Of a DNA stretch of 64,000 nucleotides, positions 39,501-49,429 are shown piece after piece (the stretch's first letter is position 1; every line of letters starts with the position of its first letter). Below the pieces are notes generated by a model. That model was not told where the DNA came from and ran no database searches. It was given only the letters and a program-made list of their open reading frames with translations. The translations under genes and the position numbers were made by a program. The stretch covers positions 62,001 to 126,000 of the forward strand of contig NW_026782393.1 in assembly GCF_031769215.1 (NCBI RefSeq), in the 5' to 3' direction. Source of the stretch: Ylistrum balloti (Eukaryota).

Positions 39501-42500
39501 TCAATGAGACATGTAGAACTTGAGAAGAAGTTGAAAATGTTTACGACCTACGACACTGGACAAAAGGCGATTGCAATAGGTCACCAGACCCTTTGGTCAG
39601 ATGATCTAAAAAAACTCATTGTGTGTTCTTATTGCAATGCTTCATCAGTATAGCACAAAAATGGAACAATACAATCTTTAATCAAAATCTGTTTCAACTA
39701 CACCGGTTAATTTATGATATTACTTACTCAACTCTGGAATCAAAGAATCGACTTTCACTGATTTCTTCTGGTGGTTTCTCTATCAATCCTTTGAATTGTT
39801 CACGTCTTTTTGCTCGGATATTTGCCTAAAAATACCAAAATTAATTTTCTAATCTTGATGTTCACAGCAGTCAGTTGGAAACATATATTTCCAATTATTT
39901 TTTGTAATAGGAGACATTTGTAGTCATACTGTGTTAGTCTATAGTAACTGAACAATATAAGTACACACGACGTCGTACTAACAAGGTACTATCAAAAGTG
40001 TCCATGTAATGCAGAATTTCTGACAATACATTCAATGGCGTGATTTTCCATCAAGTAAAATCTGAGAATTCTTACGTCCATATTTGCGGAATTCTGTATT
40101 CTTTATTATCATATAAAGTCATCAAAGACTCATTTCATCGAAATGTCACAAAAATATTCAATAAATTTAACATCACATGATCACAAAAGTTTAATATTCT
40201 TTTTATGATTTTTCATAACAAGTTTTTCATTCAAATGAACACTTCATTTGTTGAGATATTTTTCAAGTTCTAGTGTGTATATATATCTGTTATCCATGCC
40301 TTTAATGTATTAGTATTGTGACATTTAATTTTAATTCCATTGCTGCTTTAAATATCTGACCTTGAGCGTGGGTGTATGATGCTGTAGTTGGACTGCTTGT
40401 CCTGTCATAGCATCTATTGTTCTTCCTTCCTCATCTAAAATCAGGGGTGTTGGTCTACAACACAAACATAACATCATCTTATATCTATCAGGGGTGTTGG
40501 TCTACAACACAAACATAACATCATCTTATATCTATCAGGGGTGTTGGTCTACAACACAAACATAACATCATCTTATATCTATCAGGGGTGTTGGTCTACA
40601 ACACAAACATAACATCATCTTATATCTATCAGGGGTGTTGGTCTACAACACAAACATAACATCATCTTATATCTATCAGGGGTGTTGGTCTACAACACAA
40701 ACATAAAATCATTCAATATCTTTCAATATCGACTGTCCACAACACAAACATGAAATTATTTTTTATTTTCTCATTGAATTTTATAAATGAAGTAATTTGT
40801 AGTTCCTTTTTGTTCTGTTTATGTGATATTTTCCTTATTGAGGTTTATCACAGTTTTATTACATGATATAGTAGAAGAAAACAATAATTACAAACTAAAT
40901 CAACACATATTTTTTTAGATGGTCCTATACTTGTTGTGACAAACCATAACAAATGTGTTGCTTAAGCTTGAGTACAATATTGGTTTCAACAATAAGCTAG
41001 TGCCTAAATATTTACCCACTCATAAATACAGCTGTTTGATAAAATTTTACTGTTTGATGGCCCTAATGACCTTTTATGTGGATGGGCTGTTAAGAATGTA
41101 ATAATAATAATAATAATAATAATTGATAAAATTATACATCAAAGGCATTACGTTGTCTGGTGACAAGTCCATCACCTGGTTTTGAGTACAATGCAGTACG
41201 TCTACCACTTAAACTGTATTACAAGATTAAGTTGTGGGATTGCACGATGTTACATGATGTGCTATGTGCACATGATGATTTCACAATAGGTAGACAGGAC
41301 GAAATTAGTTATCACACACCTGTGCATACTTTGTGTGATTCTATCATGGTTGATATCAATTTAGAAATCACTTATAGACGAGTGTAAGTATGGTTTATTT
41401 ATTTTCTTAATATATAAAAGAACACATTTCCTACTCCAGCTATTTATCTATAGCTTAGACTCATATATGTATCTATCAGGTACAGAGTGAATAGTTATAT
41501 ACTCATAATCTAACACGTTTTGTTCATAAAGTGCAACACATGACCAGTCTTTGTGTACAAACCAGGGCTCTCACACCCCATTTTGGGACTGGGGCCCGGG
41601 GCCCTTAGAATTGGGAAAAATAGCGGCGTTTTCCTTAGAATTAGGAAAACTTGGGGTTTAAATTGGGAAAAAAAGATACTATTTTACATTGGGAACGGGG
41701 CCGAATATCGGCCCCAAATCTGGCAAATCGAGAGCCATGCAAACTCTCATTAGATATATATTATTTAAGAAGAACATTAACTGGACATCTCTTTTCTTCG
41801 CGGCAATGAATCATTTAAATTATTATATCATCTGAAAGAAATTTTATTTTCTATACTTCTGTATTAGTCTCATTTTTCTATCATTTTGTAAACAAAAAAT
41901 ATATACTAGGGTGAATTTTAAGTGTCGTCATTATTACACCATCTTCAATACTCCAGGGGTTTAACGATCACTTTCGCTCACTTCACACCCTGGAACATAT
42001 CATGGCAAAATTGGAGGCACATGATAAGTACTTTGATTGCCTCCGTTTGATGTTTCATCTTGCCCAAAAGGTGTCGCACCAGGAACCTTCAGTTTTGCCA
42101 TGACATGTTCCAAGGGTGCAGAGAGCGAAAGTGATCATATTCCCTAGAGTATCGAGGGTGTTGTTACATGAAAGACTTAGCCAGTACGTATCTGGACCTG
42201 TCATGTATGTACATATATCAATATAAAGGTAATTTTTGTTCCCTAAGGCACACCACTTGTCACTCTCTCAGGTGTGAAATAAACGGCAGAAAAGTTAATT
42301 TATGCAGGATTTAAAATTAAAAAATTAAAAATGACATTTATAATCACTGATCTCTATTTAGTTATAACTATGTAAGTTTTCTGTTCAATTTTTAATCTGT
42401 AAAAATTAGTCAACCATTTTTACCAAACCCCCTTGAAAATGTGTATGGTGCATTTGTGTGGACGATGTTTTTGGTTTGATGTGTCTTACTACAACTGTAG

Positions 42501-45212
42501 ATATATTATGTTATGAAGATTTTAGCACTTACTTGTTTTGTAAAGGGAGCTGTTTCCTGTAGCAACAAATAAAAACTTCGTTAAAGAAGGCATGCAAAGT
42601 GACTAAGATCATATCAGATTTTTTTTTATCAAGTTAATATTTTATTGACAAATCCATCAAGTGTGACCAAAACTCATAATCAAAGCCACTAATAGCTATG
42701 TATTCAAAAACATTTTTTAAAAACTTCCTGTTTTTGAATAAGTACCTCATTTTTCAAGTGTACAAAAATTTTAATATTTTGTTAACTGATATGATTGGAT
42801 TGAACTGTTTTGGTTCCGTTATTCAATGTAATCAATAATACTGAGGTACTTACAAATTAGGAATCTGTACCCCTGATGCTGTGAGACTGGACATCTTATT
42901 CTGTATCATTGCCTGGAGTTCAGCTGCTCGTTTAGCCTTCTCCATGGCATCTGACATTAACACTTGAGTTTGAGACATGGACGGCTGTAAAACCAACAAG
43001 GTCACAAATTTTGTATTGAATTTAAGCATAATTGAATTTTAAGAACACTGTTTATTAACTGTTTTGGGATTTTTGAAAACCATAAAATCTCTGAATAATT
43101 AAACCATTAGATTTTATTGTTTTAATGATTTGCTTGCAAGTGATAGTTGAAATTTTTTTTTATCTTCCTCGTTGGCAAATGTCAAAACTTTTGAAGTTTA
43201 TCAAATAAATTGGCATTTCAGAAAGGAAGTAATAACCAATTCAGGTAAAGTATCATTTTTGATTTCTAACACCAGTGGAATGAAAACAAACCTTTGAAGC
43301 AGATGGCACAGTCACCATCAACTGTGTTTTTCTTTCTTCAATTATTTTCTGTGCATTCTGCATCATCTCTTTGATCTGTTGGCCATAAGTTTGATATGAT
43401 TAATAACATTTTGTACATACAGTTTTGTGAAAGGTTACAAAATTAAATATAATTGTGAACTATTGCTTCATTCATAACTATTGACCTACTCCTGATATAA
43501 AATTGATTCCCTTCACTCTAGGATGATTTAGACGAAATTGGAACAAATTTTCAACATTCCTACAGAGGAAGAAGGATTTTAAATAATTTTTCGCCCTTTT
43601 CTTTATTGAGCCCCAACCCTCCAGGGAGCAGAGACCCATCATTTATACAAAATTTAGTCTCCTTTACCTACGAAAGTTTCAGACCATTTTTGGACAAATT
43701 CAATACTGTATTTTGCTGCACTGTCTGATCTGATAAAAAGTTTCCACGGAGAATAAAAATAAAAGATAATATAAAAGCTATCTGAGTTTCATCAAAGTAA
43801 ATTTGAGAGAGATATAGGACTCACCTTGTCAGTAGTGAGCTGGCCAGGACTTGGGTTCCCAGGTCCAGGAATGGCGGGCGGACCATCATCGACAAATCTC
43901 CTCTTCCTTTTAGTTTCTGTTCCTTCATCACGATCATCCTAAAACATATTTAGTATCATAATTCTGATAATAAGGGACACGGAAATACCAGGTTAATTGT
44001 TATGAGACTGTTGAACTTCATGGTTACATATTTAACACAGCACTACTCTTATATATGGCCCTCAAAAGCAACAAACATCACCATATAGAAACAATATGTG
44101 ATGACAGGGAAAAACAAAGTTTGTATAAGTCAATATCATGATTATCATCAGTGTATAAGTGACTGAGAATTTTTGGCAAAAAAAATCATTTTGTTAGTTA
44201 AAATACATATACAAGATTTTTCTTTCACATTCTAACTCTATTTGAAAATAAATACTGAGGCAAAAGTTTTTTTTAAAATCTGTTAGTAAATTGTACCAAC
44301 ATTTAACTATACAGCACAGTGAAAGAATTATGGGATGATTTTAACCAATTATTCCTCGCTGGTGAAATCAAAGAATTTCAAATTTTCATCTGATGAATAA
44401 CAAATTTGAAGTGCTTGATTACTATATTTTACATAACATAGTTTCCCTTGCATTTTCACACCCAATTCATTGTCATGTAATTGTGGTAAGCACCTTTCTC
44501 TTCTTCCTTGCATTTCTGTTGGATGCTTTGTAATCTTCCCAAACTCCGAATAACTTGTCAGCGAAGCGCTTTGCCTGACCTTCATCTAGAATCACCAGCA
44601 ATTTATCTGTGAAGTATAAAATCAGACACATTAATCATATGAATATCAGGATGTGATTAAGAAGAAAACAATTTTTTGGAGTATTCATTTGAAGCTGAAT
44701 TCTTTACAATTTGTTGAATAAATTCAGAAAACAATTTTTTAAACCAACATACAACCCAACCATTCATTTGTACTGGTACACTATGAAAGCAGGCAGACAC
44801 TAAGACAGATATAAAAGTTATACAATTCATGTTTACAAATGTGTGCTCATTATAAAATGCAATTAAATTTAATTCAAATGCAAAAGTAAATAATGATTTA
44901 GGGAGAGAAACATATTGTAAGAAATTATCTTGATCAAAGGCTGCTGAAGATAAAATTTATAAACATACGAAATAAAAAAATATATAAATGATTTGCTAGT
45001 GGTTTCTTGCTGTCTTTACAGACAGTCAGACTTAAGGTTTCTCACATTGACAAATGCCGAGACTTACCTACAGTTTTGTGTTTATCATAACCTTTATCTA
45101 TGCAGTTGAGAGCTGCTGTAACCAGAGCTGTCTCACTGAATCCTAAAAATTTCTGAACAGTTTTATCCAACAAAGCCTTCAAGTCATCCCATTCTCTGTC
45201 TGACAAAGACAT
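27634..45212 (-). CDS. PRPF3: U4/U6 small nuclear ribonucleoprotein Prp3 (632 aa, 19 coding exons)
   Basis: Exons 45212-45068, 44606-44494, 43938-43825, 43375-43316, 42984-42854, 42556-42533, 40454-40361, 39825-39728, 38339-38252, 37921-37820, 37505-37447, 34302-34217, 33409-33266, 31030-30931, 30726-30613, 30072-29954, 29322-29233, 28682-28624, 27792-27634; all GT-AG, phases consistent, total 1899 nt. PWI-like start ([17 protein letters not shown]), [87 protein letters not shown] match recalled PRPF3 motifs. Confidence 0.97.
27968..28645. repeat. 44-bp tandem repeat made of the 3' end of PRPF3 coding exon 18 plus its 5' splice site (16 units including the genuine one)
   Basis: Minus-strand unit aaatgtcac(c/t)ttgtttgggag|gtaaggaaaatttgtagtcaagc; acctccc motif recurs at 28622, 28578, 28534, 28490, 28446 ... 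27970. Confidence 0.93.
31025..32600. repeat. 70-bp tandem repeat made of the 3' splice site plus first bases of PRPF3 coding exon 14 (about 12 clear copies plus degenerate ones)
   Basis: Minus-strand unit ...gtttgaaattgtttgtattacag|TGAGG; ctgtaataca at 31031 (genuine), 31101 and onward; interrupted by an unrelated insertion at about 31430-31890. Confidence 0.9.
31430..31890. mobile_element. Fragment of a common bivalve non-autonomous (HINE/Helentron-like) repeat inserted in the 70-bp array
   Basis: Recurring gtgacctt(g/t)aaagtgggtcaaggtca, aacaaacttggtag and gagaagaagtt motifs, also seen at 39321-39611; family assignment from recall. Confidence 0.45.
32890..33205 (-). other. Candidate alternative (poison or terminal) exon in PRPF3 coding intron 13
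   Basis: Acceptor ctgtcttttccttttataag|G (33207/33205); donor GTGAG|gtaatc (32890/32889); in frame with the upstream exon for 75 codons to TAA at 32981-32979; AATAAA on - at 32829-32824. Confidence 0.45.
33456..33533. repeat. (GT)n microsatellite with (GC)/(GCGT) tail
   Basis: Directly visible, in PRPF3 coding intron 12. Confidence 0.95.
33807..34060. mobile_element. Composite element copy 1: about 120-bp head plus short minisatellite
   Basis: Head tgtagggtatatgtcagtattcaagtctcca...ctagcaccg followed by about 3 actcaacacctgagaatcaccatcacaacacacagaat units. Confidence 0.75.
34622..35410. mobile_element. Composite element copy 2: same head plus longer 38-43-bp minisatellite
   Basis: Head near-identical to 33807 and 36222; tandem units directly visible. 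Confidence 0.8.
36222..37425. mobile_element. Composite element copy 3: same head plus about 1.1-kb minisatellite
   Basis: Head near-identical to the other two; array ends about 20 nt from the PRPF3 donor at 37446. Confidence 0.8.
39321..39611. mobile_element. HINE/Helentron-like non-autonomous element
   Basis: Starts aacaagaggcccatgggcc, contains gatggcggccatgtt and gagaagaag blocks, ends with hairpin ggtcaccagaccctttggtcagatgatct then aaaaaaa; matches my recollection of an abundant oyster repeat family. Confidence 0.6.
40440..40708. repeat. 47-bp tandem repeat made of the 3' splice site plus first 15 nt of PRPF3 coding exon 7 (6 copies)
   Basis: Minus-strand unit agatataagatgatgttatgtttgtgttgtag|ACCAACACCCCTGAT; tcaggggtgt at 40441, 40488, 40535, 40582, 40629, 40676. 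Confidence 0.93.
41563..41739. mobile_element. MITE with 10-bp TIRs and a 5-bp flanking direct repeat
   Basis: caaac|CAGGGCTCTC ... GAGAGCCATG|caaac (one TIR mismatch); internal palindromes ggggcccggggccc and ggggccgaatatcggcccc. Confidence 0.7.
41936..42161. mobile_element. Fold-back MITE with about 80-bp imperfect inverted arms
   Basis: Left acacc..gatcactttcgctc..ggaacatatcatggcaaaattggagg pairs with right ccttcagttttgccatgacatgttcc..gagcgaaagtgatc..ggtgt. Confidence 0.75.
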
Positions 45213-46076
45213 AGTGTTAGTCCTTTATTGAAACAAGACTTAGATATTCTTGGAATCTCTTAAGTTTTCAAGCCGAGGTCATTCAGAAGTTCCATCTAAG
45301 ACTAGGAATAACAACATCAGAAAGGATCCGTGACAGTAACGACCTCTTTACCGTAAACTGTACATCATAAATCTGAAACAATACAAACAAATACAACATC
45401 AGTGCACATACAAAACAAAATTCAATTCTAGCATTCTCTTTTTCTATTTTTTTGGTTTCTGTTCTATTCTACTCCACTCCTGAAAACATTGAAAAAAAAA
45501 AAAGATTTTCTTTGATTTACATGTATGAATTATTTCTACAGTGCAGGTTACACATTTTGAAAAAAAAACAACAAATTCCAGTAAAACAAAATATTTCCTT
45601 AAGCTGTCTGATAGCTACATTACAGGATTACTTTGGACCAAAGAATCTTACTGCTCAGTGGACCCTGTAACCAAATAAAACAAGCCTTGATTTAAGTCTT
45701 TGGATTTCAATATACATGTATATATGTCTTTTAATTACAATGAAAAGTACTTCATGGCTAGTCAGATCCATTGAGACTTCAGGTTAGTCTCAACAGTGAG
45801 TAAGATATAATCAAACAACTATCAGAAGCATCATTATGAAGAGATGAAGATGTATAAAGTAATATTAACATGTAGTGATTTTAATAAGAAAAAGAATGTA
45901 TTAATCCTCACCATTCCATAAAATGTATATGTGTACATCATAAATATATATATATTGTACTGCTACAACAAAAACACTTACATAACATAGTATTTATGGA
46001 AAGGCACAGCTTGAACTTCAAAATGAAGTGATTTGGAAAAATAGTAAGGAGTTTCAATTTAGTAAAATTAATATCT

Positions 46077-46112
<36 letters not shown>

Positions 46113-46774
46113 AATGTGTGTGTGTGTGCGCGCCTATGTACATCACAGACTTCGAATCTTTCTTAAGTCCGTAGTGCAGTAGGGGTCATAGGGTACTTTG
46201 TTATGGAACAAAATTTCTCATCGTCGCAAAAATCGAGGATATGATACTGAAAGCGAGAAAAAAAACATTTTTGATCAATTCCTCAATTTTATTACTCCTT
46301 TTGAAATTAATATTTTTCTGGAGAAAAATTGTCGCGTCCACATAGTTGGTCAGTTCAACTTTTGAAAACGAAATTATTTCAATGACATTTAATTGAGAAA
46401 GCACCCTGGGAGTCAAAACTTTTCGGGCTACGCCAATCCGGAGTCAGAACTTTTCAGCCTACATTTTACAGATAAGACCGATGAACGTGATGAAGTGATT
46501 TTCTTTTCTGAATGGGGGCATAAAACTATAGGATGATTGTTTTCACACTCATTATTTTCAGCAAGACCAGCCGGTAGACACTTTCGCGTGTTAACCATTA
46601 TCCATGTGTGCGGAGACAAGTTGTGCACATTACAGTACCGCAGTAGGCCTACATGATGCTTGATCGGGCTGCTGCCAGACTTCAAACACTTAAACCGTTT
46701 ATTGGATTTTAAAAACTATTGAACTTGTCATCATCAACTCAAAATTTTGCTTATAATTCCTATTTCATGCTTAC

Positions 46775-46820
46775 CGACTTAACGCATTGACTTCGCAAAC
46801 GGAAACGCGGAGCAGGTTCT
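46775..46820 (-). promoter_or_regulatory. Putative non-coding first exon / TSS region of PRPF3
   Basis: CpG-rich ccgcgtttccgtttgcg stretch ending in TCG|gtaagc donor (46775/46774); a matching acceptor gtttcag| lies at about 45372, upstream of the ATG. Confidence 0.45.
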
Positions 46821-47009
46821 TGTAAGTAACAGTAAAACTGATTGGTTCGTATATATTCTCTGAGAATATATTGACCAATGGAAAGCAGTATTATATAGTA
46901 CGCATATTTTCTAAATTTAAAACCGTGTGCCTGTTGGATAGATCCGGATTATATAATGAAATAACTATACAGTCAATTACTTTACTGGAACAGAACAAAG
47001 AATTTTATT

Positions 47010-47160
47010 NNNNNNNNNNNNNNNNNNNNNNNNNNNNNNNNNNNNNNNNNNNNNNNNNNNNNNNNNNNNNNNNNNNNNNNNNNNNNNNNNNNNNNNNNNN
47101 NNNNNNNNNNNNNNNNNNNNNNNNNNNNNNNNNNNNNNNNNNNNNNNNNNNNNNNNNNNN
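47010..47160. other. Assembly gap (151 N)
   Basis: Run of N between PRPF3 and the BMP gene. Confidence 1.
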
Positions 47161-48459
47161 AGCCTTGAAATATATCTAAAGATCAAATATGTAGAATGAT
47201 GTTGTTTTCTTACTTCTATAAGGAAAACGAGTGATCTATAAATACTAATAATTACATTTCTTTTTTTATTCGGGGTTTCTTTCGCTTCCTACATCAGTTA
47301 AGTTGTGCAGATTCAGCAACAAACATTTGACTGATGACCAACCTTCACCAAAATGATTAATTTCCTTTTCGAATGTTTTCTATGAATGAAAAAAATGATG
47401 CAATCAGTTGATTCCAGTACACACGTTATTTGGCATATCTTTTCACTCGCAGGACTTTTCACATTTTTTTTTCTGACTCTTGTAATACAACCTAACAACC
47501 TGTGGTCCATTATCAGTTTCGTTGGGACCTAACTTATTACTCGTAACAAGTACCCATAACAGAACCGGAGATGTTCCGGAAAACGTTTATGATTTTGAGA
47601 GATATGAAGCGTGCACTTCAAACATATTCATCAGTCGCTGAGATCACTTGTTTGCGTTCATTTGGGATTGGCTCCTCAAAGAAGAGAAATCTTCAGAAGC
47701 TTTCATATTAAGTCCGCTGGCGTTCGACACAAATACTCCCAAACATATTTACTTAGTTTGTACTCTAATTTTCAAACTTAATATAATTTTGACTAAATTT
47801 TGACTACGATTTGAGATTCATAAATTTGATCTTAATAATTGGACTTTTTTTGAGGGGGTTGGGGTGGGGGGCGATACTCAATAGGTCATGAAGACCTTTG
47901 CAAGTGATAAAAACATTTTCTATGACAGAGAGTTTTAGTTTCTAACACTGACAAATGGAAATCGAGAATAACAGATATTTATATCTTTCTGCCATTCGAA
48001 TAAACGGTAGAAATTGATATAAAACACCGAACATCTTCACATAAGTAATAAAACTTGAAAAAGCTGATCAACTGCAAATTTTAAGAATGCAATACATATG
48101 ATCAGAGACATATGATATACGTCCATAATATATTCTGTGTAAAGTAGCTTTCATTTTTTAACCGACATTGTTTCCACTTGCTACATAGTAATTTTGCAGA
48201 ACATGTCAAATAAATATTAAATTAATATTAAAATTTAGGAAGAATTCTTTGAAGAACAGTTTTTAGACTAAAATTAGAGGAGGAAGCGGTTTGGTTTTAC
48301 TTGATGTTTGAGTTATTGTCAGAGATGTTGTGAAAAAAGACGAGCAATTCAGGATGATAATACATAATTCAATATACTAATAATTGTATGCAAGTTATCC
48401 CCCTTGCGTGTAAAGCAAACATCGGTCATCGGTTAACGACGATTTTCAATTACTTCTTA

Positions 48460-48506
48460 CAGAGACGTGTATAACACATATGTGTTATATGTTATATACG
48501 TCTCTG
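48460..48506. repeat. Short palindromic element cagagacgt...acgtctctg (second copy at 51657-51689)
   Basis: 16-bp arms with one mismatch here; 10-bp perfect arms in the second copy. Confidence 0.6.
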
Positions 48507-48658
48507 CTTCTTAACAGAGACATCTTAAATATAAAATTTGAACTCTTGGAAAGTGGTTTACATTAATGTACAACGCATATGTATAGTTTATTATCTTATA
48601 ACTCTGAGTTACAAGAGGACATCTTTACATACGTTTGATGAAAAGGTTATCAACAACT

Positions 48659-48690
<32 letters not shown>

Positions 48691-49429
48691 CAATTTTCGG
48701 ATTTTTTTTTTCATCAAGTTCTTTTCAATATTTAGAAGAACGATAGAGAGCCTGGCTAGAGGCCGAAGGGTCACTAGTTCGAACCATGGTGGGGCATGGT
48801 ATTTATGCGACTGTGCTGACATATGCGTCTAATTAAATAGTCAGGTATGATATTTGCAGAAGGAGGTGGTATCCCGCTTTGAGCCCCATAGGAAGTTTGG
48901 TGAGCCTTTCTGCCCATGCGTAGGAAAGTTAACTCACTCCGACGCACAAAGAATAACACGACCTGACACACTGGAATGTATACATACACACGGTAGTACG
49001 AAATTGTCAGGTGCGCCGATCTGACTGTGTGTGTGAGAGCTCGCTATACCTGTTATCGGAAAATCTCGTTAACATCAAAGTGGCCGACATTTGTGCTTAC
49101 CTCAACTCCCACACGTGGAGTTCGGAAACACCTGTGTTAGTTAGCGAGGTGACTAACACACAAGCCGGACGTATACTTGTTTTGAGGAACATGCAGTGCA
49201 GGAGGGGGTAATTATTGTACTCACCCAGACATCGGGTGCACTTGATTTGTGTACGCCGGTGTGTACTGCTGCTTTGCAGTCTCCCTTATAGCGTGTGTGT
49301 GGTATATTATGTAAAGATATGGTTGAACATAACTTGCGATATATATAGATACATTTACATCTGTCTTCAGGGATGTATTTATAAATAGACTGTGTAGTAT
49401 TTTTGTTGTTCGACGGATAAACAACCATC

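Noticed and set aside
46081-46132. (CA)n-cctaaat-(TG)n hairpin in the PRPF3 first intron
   Set aside because: Simple opposed microsatellites with no evidence of function.
48735-48795. tRNA-like fragment (gttcgaacc)
   Set aside because: No cloverleaf or acceptor stem; at most a decayed SINE head.
48538-48822. Poly-Met / poly-His ORFs
   Set aside because: Products of a (GAT)n microsatellite.
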